Shown here: piece by piece, positions 1-11,389 of the stretch
Numbering within the stretch: position 1 is the stretch's first letter
Layout of the letters: each line of letters opens with the position of its first letter
Source: Felis catus
Lineage: Eukaryota
NCBI RefSeq assembly: GCF_018350175.1
Contig: NC_058369.1
Coordinates: forward strand, 12,958,001 to 13,022,000
Reading direction: 5' to 3'
DNA length: 64,000 bases
Program-made: the position numbers and the translations under genes
The notes under the pieces: model-generated
What the model was told of the DNA's origin: nothing
What the model saw: only the letters and a program-made list of their open reading frames with translations
Database searches by the model: none

Positions 1-1030
1 AACTGTTTGCTTGGAACAGGGTCTTCTCTCCAGCTCTTGCATTCCTCTCCGCAGGCTGCCTGAGGCTAAGGGATCCCTCCCAGGCCGAGAGCCATCTGGA
101 GCAAAGGGACAAGTTCTGTCCCCGTCGGAGGGGGGAGGTAAGAAAAGGCACAGTGGAGATAGAGCTGGATGCGGAGAAGCCCTGGGATTTGACCACAAAC
201 CCGGAAGTCTACTGGTCGCCAAGGCCTGACGCAGGCTTGGGGTCGGTGGGATCTAACTTAGAACCCCCAGGGGTGTCCTGGAGCCCCGGGTCCTAAACTG
301 GGAACGGCAATGCCAGTCGCTGACTCCTTGGTCCGCGATGTGGTCCTGAACGGAAGCCTGGCCACCACCTGGGAGCGACCACAGGATGTTCCTGGGGCCG
401 GGGTCTGAGTCACCTTCCCTGTGATGCGCCGGCTGTGGTCTGGGAGGTGGTGAGGGCGGCACGGGCATCGGGCCCTGACCTGAGCGTGTGCGGGGTATCT
501 TGAAGCGACCCTGCTGCAACCCCCGGCCCCTTGTGTTAGGCACTTGTGGACAGCACTTTACAGGTGGCAGAGAGTCTCCGTGCCCTTGACTTCAGAGACT
601 TCCGTTTTTGCAGAGGTAGAGACAGAGGCTCAGAGAGGTGGGGTGAGAGGCCCAGGGTCTCTCTCCTGACCTCGCTCTCCTCCTTCCTCCCTTCCTCGGC
701 TCCAGCCTCCCTCCCCACCCTAGTCTGGCCTCTGAGCCTTGACCCTGGCTCTTCAAGATGTCACCGGGAGCACTGTGGCTTCTGCCCGTCCCCAAACCAG
801 CTCGCCCCCATCCCCCAGCTCAAAGGCCCTCCCTTGCCTGCCTGGAGTCCAACAGCCTGGGTTCGTGTCCCAGGCCCGCCACTCCCTGGCTGTGTTACCT
901 GGTAGACAGAAGGCGCTCAATTAAGGAAGCAGCAAGCGTGTGTGAGATGAGCCTCCCTCCACCTGTAGTCCTGTTCCCATCCTCCTCTGAAGCCCTGAGA
1001 CTGAACCATCCCAGTCTGCCAGTGCCTCAC

Positions 1031-1109
1031 CTGGATGGGGCTGCAGCCCCTGCGGGAAGCCTCTGGGATTCCAGGATCCTTCTCTTGAATTCCTCGAGGC
1101 CAGCTGGGT
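1031..1109 (-). CDS. PLVAP: PLVAP coding exon 5 (79 nt)
   Basis: cggcag| acceptor; DPAGLEEFKRRILESQRLPAGAAAPS; AG|GTGAGG donor; terminal exon not found in the window. Confidence 0.93.
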
Positions 1110-1246
1110 CTGCCGTGAGAGGAAGGGGTCAGGTCCACCCAACTGGCCCAACCCTGGGCTAAGGATGGGCCGGCAGGGCTGAGATGGGATAAAGAGTGGA
1201 AAGGATCGCCCCCGACCCCTTCCCGGCTCTGCCTTCTGTCACTTAC

Positions 1247-1304
1247 CGATGGGCTGGGGGTTGGGGGCAGGGCCCACAGGTCTTGGTCCAGGTATCGGCT
1301 GCGA
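1247..1304 (-). CDS. PLVAP: PLVAP coding exon 4 (58 nt)
   Basis: ttcccacag| acceptor; SQPIPGPRPVGPAPNPQPI; G|GTAAGT donor; proline-rich PV-1 C-terminal region. Confidence 0.93.
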
Positions 1305-1824
1305 CTGTGGGAAGAGAGACAGAGGGAGGTCGGCAGAAGCCGGGACCCCCTGAACCAGAGGGCCAGGGAGGCTCCTGTTCCTTCATGCCCCATAGTACCT
1401 GGAGCTGAGTTCCTTCCAGAGCAGGGACACCGATACCAGAGAAGGACCCTCACATCAATGGATGTCCGATCACCTGCACCCACCTGCGCTCAAGTGACTG
1501 GGGACTCCAGGGACTGGCTTCCCTCAGAAGCCCCCCAGAGACCCCACTGTGGCCTGCCTCAGTCTCCATTACTGCCTCAGTGCCAACCCAATGGATCCCA
1601 ATCCATGACCCCAACTGAGCCAATCCCCCCGAACCCGAAATCCAAAGCCAGCTCTAAACTCAATCACCTAAAATCCAATCCCAACATGAAAACAGAACCT
1701 TCCTTAGACCCAAAGCCTCATCTAAACCCAATCCGAATGACAAACTTGATCCAACCGGAACTTTACAACCAACCCTGACCCCAACCCATCCCTTAGACCT
1801 GGTTGCTATGAAAAATCTGCCCCC

Positions 1825-2034
1825 GGGGCGCCTGGGTGGCGCAGTCGGTTAAGCGTCCGACTTCAGCCAGGTCGCCATCTCGCTGTCTATGAGTTCGAGC
1901 CCTGCGTCGGGCTCTGGGCTGATGGCTCGGAGCCTGGAGCCTGTTTCCGATTCTGTGTCTCCCTCTCTCTCTGCCCCTCCCCCGTTCATGCTCTGTCTCT
2001 CTCTGTCCCAAAAATAAGTAAAAACATTGAAAAA
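1825..2034 (+). mobile_element. CAN-SINE (young felid subfamily) with 14-bp TSD
   Basis: GGGGCGCCTGGGTGGCGCAGTCGGTT head, (CT)n, A-tail; TSD AAAAATCTGCCCCC. Confidence 0.92.
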
Positions 2035-2768
2035 AAAAATCTGCCCCCTAAGCCATGGCCCCAGCCCAGCCCTGGGCTCCACCATGGCTTCCCAATGCCC
2101 CACGCACCCCAACTCAACTTGAGACCCCAGACTCTCCCTGGAACCCCAAGCAACCCTACCAGCCACCACTGACACCCTGTATTCACCCCTCACCCAATGT
2201 GAGACCCACCGGCCGCCCTGCACGCGACCCCTGACTTAACTTTTAACCTTTCTTCACAATCCGCATCCGGCACGACCCCAATTCTACCAGTTCCAAGACC
2301 AACGAAGGCTTCGATGGAACCCTAACGTTAACCCAAACCGACTCTAAACACAGCGGTCGCTAAGAACTCATCTTGACCCAAACACAAGCTCTGTCTCCAC
2401 AGCAAGCCTTCCCCCAGACCTGCCTTAACCTTCAGTCTAACTCCCAACCTAAGCCATCACCCCCGCAACCTTCACCTCAGACACCTCCCGACCTTGACAC
2501 CGACCCGCCCACCGTGAGTTCCCAGTTCTCCCCCCTGCACCCATTTCGAGGTCCACCCGTCCTCCAAAACTCAACCCCGCTCCTTAGTCCTTTCTCAGGG
2601 TCATTCCAGACTCCAAAGTCCACCCCGGTCTTATGTCATTGAATCTCTCAAGTGAGTCCTAACTAACCGGACCCAGGCTGGGAGGCTCGCCTCGAGCCCG
2701 GGTTCGACATCGCCTCCACCGGGGCCCGCAGGCCTGACCCCCGTACAGCCTGAATCCCTCCAGCCCAC

Positions 2769-3481
2769 CTTGGCCTTGATGCAGGCGTCCAAGGCGGAGC
2801 GGCTGACGGCCAGCTGCATCTTGAGCTGCTCTGCCTCCCGCTTCCTCTCCTCCAGCTCCTTTGCCAGGCTGTCTCGCTCCTTCCGCAGAGCCGCCTTCTC
2901 CTCCAGGGCTAGCTGGGTCTGCCGGACGCATTCGGCCTGGAGCTTGGCCTCTCGGGCCTGGGCCTCCTTCTCCGCCTTCTCCTTGGCCGCCTGAGTGGCC
3001 TGCAGGCTCCGCTCGACCTCCAGCTTCTGGCGCTGGACGTCCGAGCTCTCGCGGGCCACGCGCTCGATGCCGGCCCGCAGGCTCCGGGCCAGCTCGTCCA
3101 CCTTGGTGCTCATGAGGGCGGGCATGTGGTCGCAGGTCCTCCGGATGGAGGTCAGCTCGGAGCCGAGAGGGTGGTACAGGTTGTAGCCCATGGTGTCCAG
3201 GGTGCGCGGGATGATGGAGTCCCGCCAGAGGTTCCGCAGCTCCGTCTCAAACTTGTCCTTGTCCAGCGGGAGGCAGAGGGTCTGCACCTTCTGCAGGCGA
3301 TCCTCGGCCAGCTGTCGCTCCTGCCGCTGCTGCTCCCGGGCCCTGCCACACTCGGCCAGCTGCTCCTCCACCAGCCGCTTGTTCAGCGCCAGGCCCTCCT
3401 TGTCTTTGGCGCACACCTGCTTCTCCTTCGCCAGTTCCACCTCCAGCATCTGGACCTTCTGGTTCAGCGCCAGGAGCGAGG
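2769..3481 (-). CDS. PLVAP: PLVAP coding exon 3 (713 nt, long coiled coil)
   Basis: tgtag| acceptor; SLLALNQKVQMLEVELAKEK...LCLPLDKDKFETELRNLWRDSIIPRTLD...ALDACIKAK; AAG|GTGGGC donor. Confidence 0.97.
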
Positions 3482-3607
3482 CTACAGGTGCAGGAGAAAA
3501 CACCTCGGGAGGGTCGGGGGAGGGGGCGGGGGGGGGGGGCGGGGGGGGGTCCGAGAGGCCGGGCGAGGGGTCTACCACCCTGGCTCCCCGCCGCCCAGAC
3601 GACTCAC

Positions 3608-3704
3608 CATCGGAGCTCTTGTTAGCTTCCTTCAGCTGCTCTTGACATTTCTTCTCACTCAGGATGATGGCTGCCATATATCGCTCGTTGTTCATGGAGA
3701 TCAC
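3608..3704 (-). CDS. PLVAP: PLVAP coding exon 2 (97 nt)
   Basis: cag|GTG acceptor; VISMNNERYMAAIILSEKKCQEQLKEANKSSD; G|GTGAGT donor. Confidence 0.96.
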
Positions 3705-3891
3705 CTGACCAGACGGGACACGGGGCAGAGCTCACGGTCCAGCCCCCGCCGGTCCCCTTGCTCCTGGGTTGCCCAGACCCTCCGGGCTGGGGCCCCAGAT
3801 CCCACACCCCGGGTGGCCCGTGTTGACCCAGTTCGCAAGGGCCTGACTCCTTTATGGGGGATGCTGGTCGCATCTTTCAAAGTCCTTAACT

Positions 3892-4084
3892 GGGGCGCCC
3901 GGGGGGCTCAGTCGGTTGAGTGTCCGACTCTTGGTTTCAGCTCAGGTCATGATCTCGCAGTTCATGAGTCCGAGCCTCGGGTGGGGCTCCAGGCTGACAG
4001 TGTGGAGAGTGGGATTTTCTCTCTCTGCCCCTCCCCTGCTCCTGTTCTTTCTCTCTCTCAAAATTAAATTAAAAAAAAAAAAAA
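3892..4084 (+). mobile_element. CAN-SINE
   Basis: tRNA-derived head, CT-rich region, A-tail. Confidence 0.88.
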
Positions 4085-4099
4085 GTTGTTACAGTTAAT

Positions 4100-5830
4100 A
4101 CTATTGGGCCATAAAAAGGAATGAAGCCCTCACACCTGCTGCGACTTGGATGAACCTTGAAAACATTAATTCACATGTACGGCCAATGAATTACGTTTTA
4201 TCTTTCTATATTTTACTTTATTGAGGGAGAGAGGGCGCAGGTGAGCGAGGGGGAGAGAGAGAGAGAATCCCATGAGGCGCAGAGAGAGAGGGGGAGAGAG
4301 AGGAAGAGAAGCAGGGTTCAACCAAAGTGGAGCTTGAACTCATGAACCGTGAGATCATGACCCGAGCCTGCTTGGGATTCTCTCCCTCTTCCTCTCTCTC
4401 TGCCCGTCCCTCGCTTGCACGCTTTCTTTCTCTTTCTCTTCCTCTCTCTCTCTCAGAATAAATAAATAAACTTTAAAAAATAATAGAAAAAAGAAAACAA
4501 AAAAAGAAAATTAATACAGGTGCCAAAATCATTCATGGGGGAGAAAAGAGTCTTTTCAAAAATGGAGCCGGCACAGCTAGATCTCCCCGTGTTAAGGAAT
4601 GAATTTGGACCCCTACCTCACACCATATACAACAATTAACTCAAAATGGCTCAATGACCCAAACACGAGACCTAAAGCTACAAAACTCTTTAGAAGAAAA
4701 TGTACGTGTTAACTCCGCATGACCTTGGATTTGCCAATGGTTTCTTAGGTGTGACACCCAAAGCGCAAAGAGAAAACAGGTAAAGAGAACTTCATCAAAA
4801 TTAAAAACTTTTGTTTTTAGGAAAAGACCATCACATCGCTAAGTTGTATACCCGAGACTGACGTGACACTGTATGTCAATTATGCTCCAATTTAAAAAAG
4901 AGAAAGGGAAAAAACAACCCTTCGACGGGAGGAAATATTTGCAAAGCGTGTATCTGATGAGAGGACCGGGTATCCAGAATGTATAAAAGTAAACTCTTGT
5001 GGATCAGTAATAAAAAGATCATTGAAAAATGGGCAAAGCAACTGAAACATTTCTCCAAAGAAGATACACACGTGGTCGACAAGCGCATGAAAATATACTC
5101 ACCATTATCACTCCTCAGGGAAAGGCAAATGAAAACCACGATGAGAGACCCCCTTACAGCCATGAGGATGGTTATAAAGGAAACAGAAAACAAGAACGGG
5201 CAGTGATAAGCGTTGGTGAGGGTGTGGAGAAAGGAGAATTCTCAGACGGTACTGGTTGGAATATGTAAAAAATGGGGCAGCGGCCTTGGAAAACAGCCCG
5301 GCAGTTCCTCAAAATGTTAAGCAGGGAATTGTCACGTGACCCAGCAATTCCACTCTTAGGTGTAGATCCGAGAGACCCTGAAGCAAACATCCACACAAAA
5401 ACCTCCACGTGCACGTTCACAGCAGCGCCTATCACAACCACCAAAAGGCAGAAACAACCCAAGTGTCCATCAACAGGTGAATGAACAAAACGTGGTCCAT
5501 CCACAGAATGGAATGTTGCTCAGCCACAAAAAGGAACGAGGCACTGACACGCGCTCGGGTGAACCTTCAAAACATCGTGCCGGATGATAGGAGCCAGACA
5601 CGAAAGGCCACATGTTGTCTGATCCCATTTATACAAAATGTCCAGAACAAGCAAATTCACAGAGACAGAAAGCAGATGAGTGGTTGCAAGGGGCTGGGGG
5701 AGGAGGGGTGGGGGAGTGACTTATGGGGATGGGGTATCTTTTTGGGGTGATGAAAACATTCCAAAATCAGTTGGGATGATCGCCCAGCTCTGTGAAGGTA
5801 CTAAGAATTATTGAACTGTGCGCTTTAAAA
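4100..5830 (+). mobile_element. L1 3' fragment (ORF2 end and 3' UTR) in PLVAP intron 1, with SINE inserts
   Basis: TGGACCCCTACCTCACACCATATAC, CCCAGCAATTCCACTCTTAGGT, AAACAACCCAAGTGTCCATCAACAGGTGAATG: typical L1M motifs. Confidence 0.85.
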
Positions 5831-5834
5831 AGAT

Positions 5835-6042
5835 TTTTTAATGGTTACTTATTTTTGAGAGAGAGAGAAAGAGAGCGAGAGCGGGGGAGGGGCAGAAAGG
5901 GAGGGAGACACAGACTCCGAAGCAAGCTCCAGGCTCCGAGCTGTCAGCGCAGAGCCCGACGCGGGGCTTGAACTCGCAAACCCTGAGATCATGACCTGAG
6001 CTGAAGTCGGGTGCTTAACCGACTGAGCCACCCAGGCGCCCC
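5835..6042 (-). mobile_element. CAN-SINE
   Basis: Reverse-complement SINE head ...GCCACCCAGGCGCCCC. Confidence 0.9.
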
Positions 6043-6792
6043 CGAACTATACATTTTTAATGTGCGACTTGTAGAGCATATGAATTATATCTCGATAAAG
6101 CTGTTTTTAAAGGAGGTTTTTACAACTTAACAAGGTGTGCTTTCCAAACTTTGGACCAGAATCCTCTGCAGAAATATAACAGGTAAAAATATAAAAAATG
6201 CAGGAAGTTTACCTTCCTGCCACCTCTTGTCCTATTCCTTTGGAAGCTGGCCCAATGCTAATGGGGATCAGAGAACAGAAATCTTAGTCACAGAAGAGGA
6301 AGATTTGCACGTTTCAGCAAAGTGAGTTGGATCCAAACACGAAACGAGAAAGAGGTTTTTCTCCAGTTGGAGGAAGTGATAAAAGGGGGTCCCGGGGTGC
6401 TGCTTCCAGACCCCACGTGCCAGGTGAGGGTCCCATTGCCTTGACACGGACAGGACAGAGCGGACCCTAAAAATATCATGGAGTTAGGGGTGCCTGGGTG
6501 GCTCAGTTGGTTTAGCGTCTGACTCTTGATTTCTACAGATCTTCCTCTTTTGCAGTTAAGATTTCTGAAAACAGAAGTCACTGGAGGTCCCAGAGCGATT
6601 TCTGCCTTGACCCCGATCCCATTAGCATAGGGCCAGCCCCCAAAGGAGCAAGGACAAGGAGGGGCGGAAAGCTCAGGCTGTGGGATCGAGCCCTGTGTCG
6701 GCCGAATGTGGGACCTGCTTAAGATTGTCTCTCTCTCTCCCTCTCCCCTCTCCCCCTACTCACATTCTCTCTAGATAAGATAAGATGAGGTG

Positions 6793-7028
6793 NNNNNNNN
6801 NNNNNNNNNNNNNNNNNNNNNNNNNNNNNNNNNNNNNNNNNNNNNNNNNNNNNNNNNNNNNNNNNNNNNNNNNNNNNNNNNNNNNNNNNNNNNNNNNNNN
6901 NNNNNNNNNNNNNNNNNNNNNNNNNNNNNNNNNNNNNNNNNNNNNNNNNNNNNNNNNNNNNNNNNNNNNNNNNNNNNNNNNNNNNNNNNNNNNNNNNNNN
7001 NNNNNNNNNNNNNNNNNNNNNNNNNNNN
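6793..7028. other. Assembly gap (236 N)
   Basis: Run of N. Confidence 1.
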
Positions 7029-7747
7029 AACACGTTTTTAAAAAATATATCAGTGAGTTAAATTCTCTTTTCTCTTCCGGGATCTCAGGGCCAGAAATGC
7101 AGTTGCACTGGAAGAGAATTTAAGAAAAATCCTGTTTCTCAGCACGGCCAGGACCCAGAAACACCAACATCACATACCTGGGGCTGCCACGGTGGGGGTG
7201 GGGGCAGAGATACTCCCCGGCATCAGGGCGCCCCTCCGGGGCGAGGGGCAGGCGACCTGAAACTAGGGAAACCCTAGGGTCCTTGGAGAAAACCCTAAAC
7301 TGTTCCAGTCCAGAGGCATTTGTCAACACGAAGGGGATTAAAGAAAAACAACAACTGTGTTTTTCAAATTTAATCGTTGTAAAGATCCACATTCTTAGGC
7401 TTCTAATTTTCTATGACGGGGGAGTTCAGATTCCGGGATGCGTGTGTCTAAAACCTTACGATCCCGACGGCTCCCAGACCGGATGGCGGTGCGTGTCTTG
7501 GATGAAAGGAGTGGGCCAATTCCCTGACTAGACGCCCACATGTGCCCCCGGGGGGACATTTCCCGGCATAAGGCAGAGCTGTTCGTACTTCTTAGTAGGA
7601 ACCGAATGCTCTGAGTTTTCATCTAACTGGTTCTTATTTGCAGCTGGTGTGTGCTGGAACATTCCGAGCGCTTCGCGCGTATTAAGTCATGGGCCCAGGG
7701 TTGCTGCCGCCAATTCAGTGAGGATGCCCAGTTAAACTTAAATTCCA

Positions 7748-7966
7748 GGGGCCGCCTGGGCGGCTCAGTCGGTTAAGGGTCCGACTTCGGCTCAGGTCAC
7801 GATCTCGCGGTCTGTGAGTCCGAGCCCCGGGTCGGGCTCTGTGCCGACAGCTCGGAGCCCGGAGCCTGCCTCCGATCTGTGTCTCCCTCTCTCTCTCTGC
7901 CTCTCCCCCGCTCATGCTCCGTCTCACTCTGTCTCTCAAAAATAAATAAACCTTTAAAAAAAAAAT
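7748..7966 (+). mobile_element. CAN-SINE
   Basis: Full head to A-tail; TSD-like CTTAAATTCCAG flanks. Confidence 0.9.
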
Positions 7967-8196
7967 TTAACCTTAAATTCCAGAGAGAGAGAACGAGCCC
8001 ACTGTCTTAGTATAAGTGTGTCCCGAACCTCGTGTGGGATATACTCGTACTAACAAGCCCCCCCGGGCTCCTCACGTGCAATACAGCGTCTGTGACGGTC
8101 TCTGGCGCGTGGGTGAGGACCCCGCAGCTCGGATGAGCGGACGGGAACCTGCCCAGGGTCCCCGGGGTGCGTTTCCGGCCCGGCGGGCGGCCTTAC

Positions 8197-8562
8197 CCGG
8201 TCAGCCTGGCACTGGCGGAAGCTGGCGTTGATCCGGTCCAGATCGCGGCGGGCGCTCCCCAGCAGCTGCATGACCGTGTCCTTGGTGCGGGAGGTGAGGT
8301 TGAGCTCCTTGGACAGGTTGGCCTGGGAGGCCGTGAGCCCCACGAGCTGGCTGTACAGGCCCTCGGCCCGGCGCTCGGTGGCCTGCAGGTTGGATTCCGT
8401 GCTCACGTGCACGTTGCCGTAGACCATGAAGAGGACGAGGCCCAGGATGATGAGGAACTGAATGAGCGACACAAAGAGGAAAAAGTAGCGCAGGTAGTAC
8501 CAGCAGCCCCTCGGGCCGCCCCCCTCCCGGGAGTACGCGCCGTGCTCCGCCGCCAGCCCCAT
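8197..8562 (-). CDS. PLVAP: PLVAP coding exon 1 (cytoplasmic tail, TM, start of coiled coil)
   Basis: MGLAAEHGAYSREGGGPRGCWYYLRYFFLFVSLIQFLIILGLVLFMVYGNVH...RQCQADR matches the PLVAP/PV-1 N-terminus; 366 nt, ends at a GTAAGG donor. Confidence 0.97.
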
Positions 8563-8654
8563 CGTGTGCAAGCGCCCGCTGCCCGCCCAGCGTGGCCTGC
8601 TCCCTCCGGGTGGCGGCCGCTGCCCCCTCTGCACCCTGCCACGGGGGGTGGGGG

Positions 8655-8740
8655 GAGTGTTTATATTACTCCTCTTAATACTTCCTCTGCCTGGCTCCTT
8701 CCTGGCCGGGAGGAAGTGGGGGCTGCGGGTTATCACGACA
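8655..8740 (-). promoter_or_regulatory. PLVAP core promoter: TATAAA plus ETS and GATA motifs in a CpG-rich region
   Basis: TATAAA on minus strand at 8660-8665; AGGAAGT at 8711-8717; TTATCA (GATA) at 8730-8735; about 100-170 nt upstream of the ATG. Confidence 0.6.
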
Positions 8741-10730
8741 CTCCCACCCTGGCTGTGAAGGGAGGGGCCGCGCCCCCCCTCCCCCCCGCTGGACTTCTGA
8801 CGCTCCCGCCGGGCGGGGGCGCCAGCCGGGTGACGAGGGGGGGGGGGCTTCCTCGCCGCTCCGAGCCTCGGTCTCTCTCTCTCCACCTTGCCCTTGCTCC
8901 GGGCCCAGCGCCGTTCTCAGCGCTTGCCGCCCAGGATCTCAGGTCGTGGCCCCTGTATCGTGCGGAGGAGGAAACTGAGGCACGGGGAGGTGAAGGGACC
9001 GTCTGGGGGTCTCACGCCGTTGGTGCACAGAGTGGGACTTACCTCCCCCACCCCGTGGGCTGGCTGCAGAGGTGTGTCTAAATCGGGAGCTGAGTCGGCT
9101 GGGGTGCTTGGCCCCCGGGGTACTTGGCACAGTAGGTACTTGGCACAGTAGTGCTTCCCCGGGCCGGGGAGGGGCTGATCCATGGATGGCAGTGGCCCAG
9201 GCTCCCCAAGCTGTCAGCCCCACCCGACGCCCCGGCTCCCATAGGTGCTACATAAGTGCTCTGGGAGCAGCAGAGTAAGCCGCAGTGAACTTGGAGCTGG
9301 GAGAGAAGGCTCACCCAAGCGAGCTCGAGTGAGGGGCTTCTCCTGCCCCTTCTCAGTTTCTGCCTCTGTGAGACGGGGTATGGGTGGCGTCCCCGGTCAC
9401 CGGGCCGGAGGGGGGGGGTGGGCGGCCGTAAGAAAGGGTTTGCCATTGTTATTATTACTATCGTTTCGTGCTGGGAGCGTTATTTCGGGGCTCTGGGAGA
9501 CGGTGAAGGGGCAGTGCCAGATAGGTGGGCATTGAACTTCACTGTGGGTCATCTCCAGGTGGGCGTCAAGGGAATTCGAGGACCAAGGGCAAAGGATTCT
9601 GGGTGCGTCCTCCTGTCCATTCCCTTAGAACCAGGAGCTCCATGCTGGATGAGGCGTTAGCCTCAGGCTTGGCCGTGAGGGACCCTGAGTCTTAGGGAGA
9701 CACCGTGGGACACAGCCCCCTGGCTCCATGGGGTCAAGGCTGGTAGGAGGGAGGGATGGAGGGGGGCGGGCAAGGGGCCGGCAGGTGGCAAGAAGGCTGG
9801 ACCACAACACAATCGCTGTATACTGCCTGTGTGCGTAAGGTTGGGGGTGGGGGGAAGGACCCATCCCCCCCCCCGTCGGCCAGGGCAACGGAGTTGGGGG
9901 TAGTTGACGGCGGGGAGGGGGTCCTCCAGGGTGGTGTTCGTCACAGAGGCAGAAGTTGGATTGGGACAGAGGAAGTTCCCAGGGGGAGGCAGGAAACCCC
10001 TGTCTGACCTTTGGCCTTTGCAGCTACCCGGTGATTCCTGATTCCGGACCCTTCCCAGCTTCCCAGCGGCGAGTGGGGGGGAGGAGGGTTGGGGGCTGCA
10101 AGTGGTGCCCAACCAGCTATTTCTCTGGGTTGGCCAGGCCCACCCGAGTCCCCTGGAACAGGGTGGGAGGCCGCGTAGGCAGAGTGGACCCGCGGCTTCC
10201 ATTTAGGGCTCTGGGGTTCGGGTCTGGCTGTGCCCCCTACTGCTGCGTGACCTCAGACGAGTGACTTTCCTTTCTTCAGCCTCAGTTTCCTCTTGTCTAA
10301 AGCGGAGGCGACGCAGCCAGGGGTGGAAACATTTGTCACGGCGCCTGGCACACGTTCAACCTTAATAAGTGGCGGGACTTTTTTTTTAAGGCCACAGAGG
10401 CTGGGTCTTGTGTCACCTCTGATGCCGGGCGGAGAAACTGATATGCGGGGGAGGGGCGCTGCCTCCAAGTACAGGTGCTCGGGGCCTGTGAGAGCACTGG
10501 GGGACAAAGGGCAGGACAGGGGTCTGGCCCGGGGAACGTGGGTCCGGCGGGAGATGCTCAGACACGGGGGAGGGGGGGGGCAGTGGCGGGGCCAACATCA
10601 GCAGGTGTGACAGTCTCCATAGGTACTTGAGATCCTGGCTGCTCTTCATGATATACTGAGCCTGACATCTATTGTCAAGGAAAAAGAAGGCAAACCATAA
10701 ATTCCCAGAAAATTAAAAAGCCACCGTAGA

Positions 10731-11389
10731 GGGGCGCCTGGGTGGCCCTGTCGGTTAAGCGTCCGACTCTTGATTTCGGCTCAGGTCATGATCTCACGGT
10801 TCATGAGTTCGGACTCCAAATCGGGCTCCACGCTGACAATGAGGAGCCTGCTTGGGATTCTCTGTCTCCCTCTGTGTCTGCCCCTCCCTCCCTCTCTTTC
10901 TCAAAAATAAATACATAAACAAACATTAAAACAATTTTTAAGAAAAAGCCACCCTAGACCCAGTGGTACAGTTTTGAGTAAGTGTCACAGTATAAGAAAC
11001 AGAGTTTTATTTTTATTTTTTTTAATGTTTTATTCATTTATTTTGAGACAGTGAGAGAGACAGAGAGAACAGAGGAGGAGGGGCAGAGAGAGAAGGAGAG
11101 AATGTCAAGAGTGCTGGACGCGGGGCTTGACCTCACAAGCTATGAGATGTCGACCTGGGCCAAAATCAAGAGTTGGACACGACTTTTTTTAATGTTTCAT
11201 TTATATTTGAGAGAGAGACAGAGCACAAGCAGGGGAGGGGCAGAGAGAGAGGGAGGCACAGAATCTGAATCAGGCTCCAGGCTCCGAGCTGTCAGCACAG
11301 AGCCCGACGCGGGGCCCGAACTCACAAACCGCGAGGTCACGACCCGAGCTGAAGTTGGACGCTGAACAGACTGAGCCACCCAGGTGCCC
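10731..11389. mobile_element. Cluster of three CAN-SINEs (10731-10942 +, ~11005-11170 -, ~11180-11389 -)
   Basis: Heads, CT tracts and A-tails; first copy with TSD AAAAAGCCACC.TAGA. Confidence 0.85.

Noticed and set aside
3126-4067. 313-aa plus-strand ORF (and 8167-9081)
   Set aside because: Antisense shadows of GC-rich PLVAP coding exons
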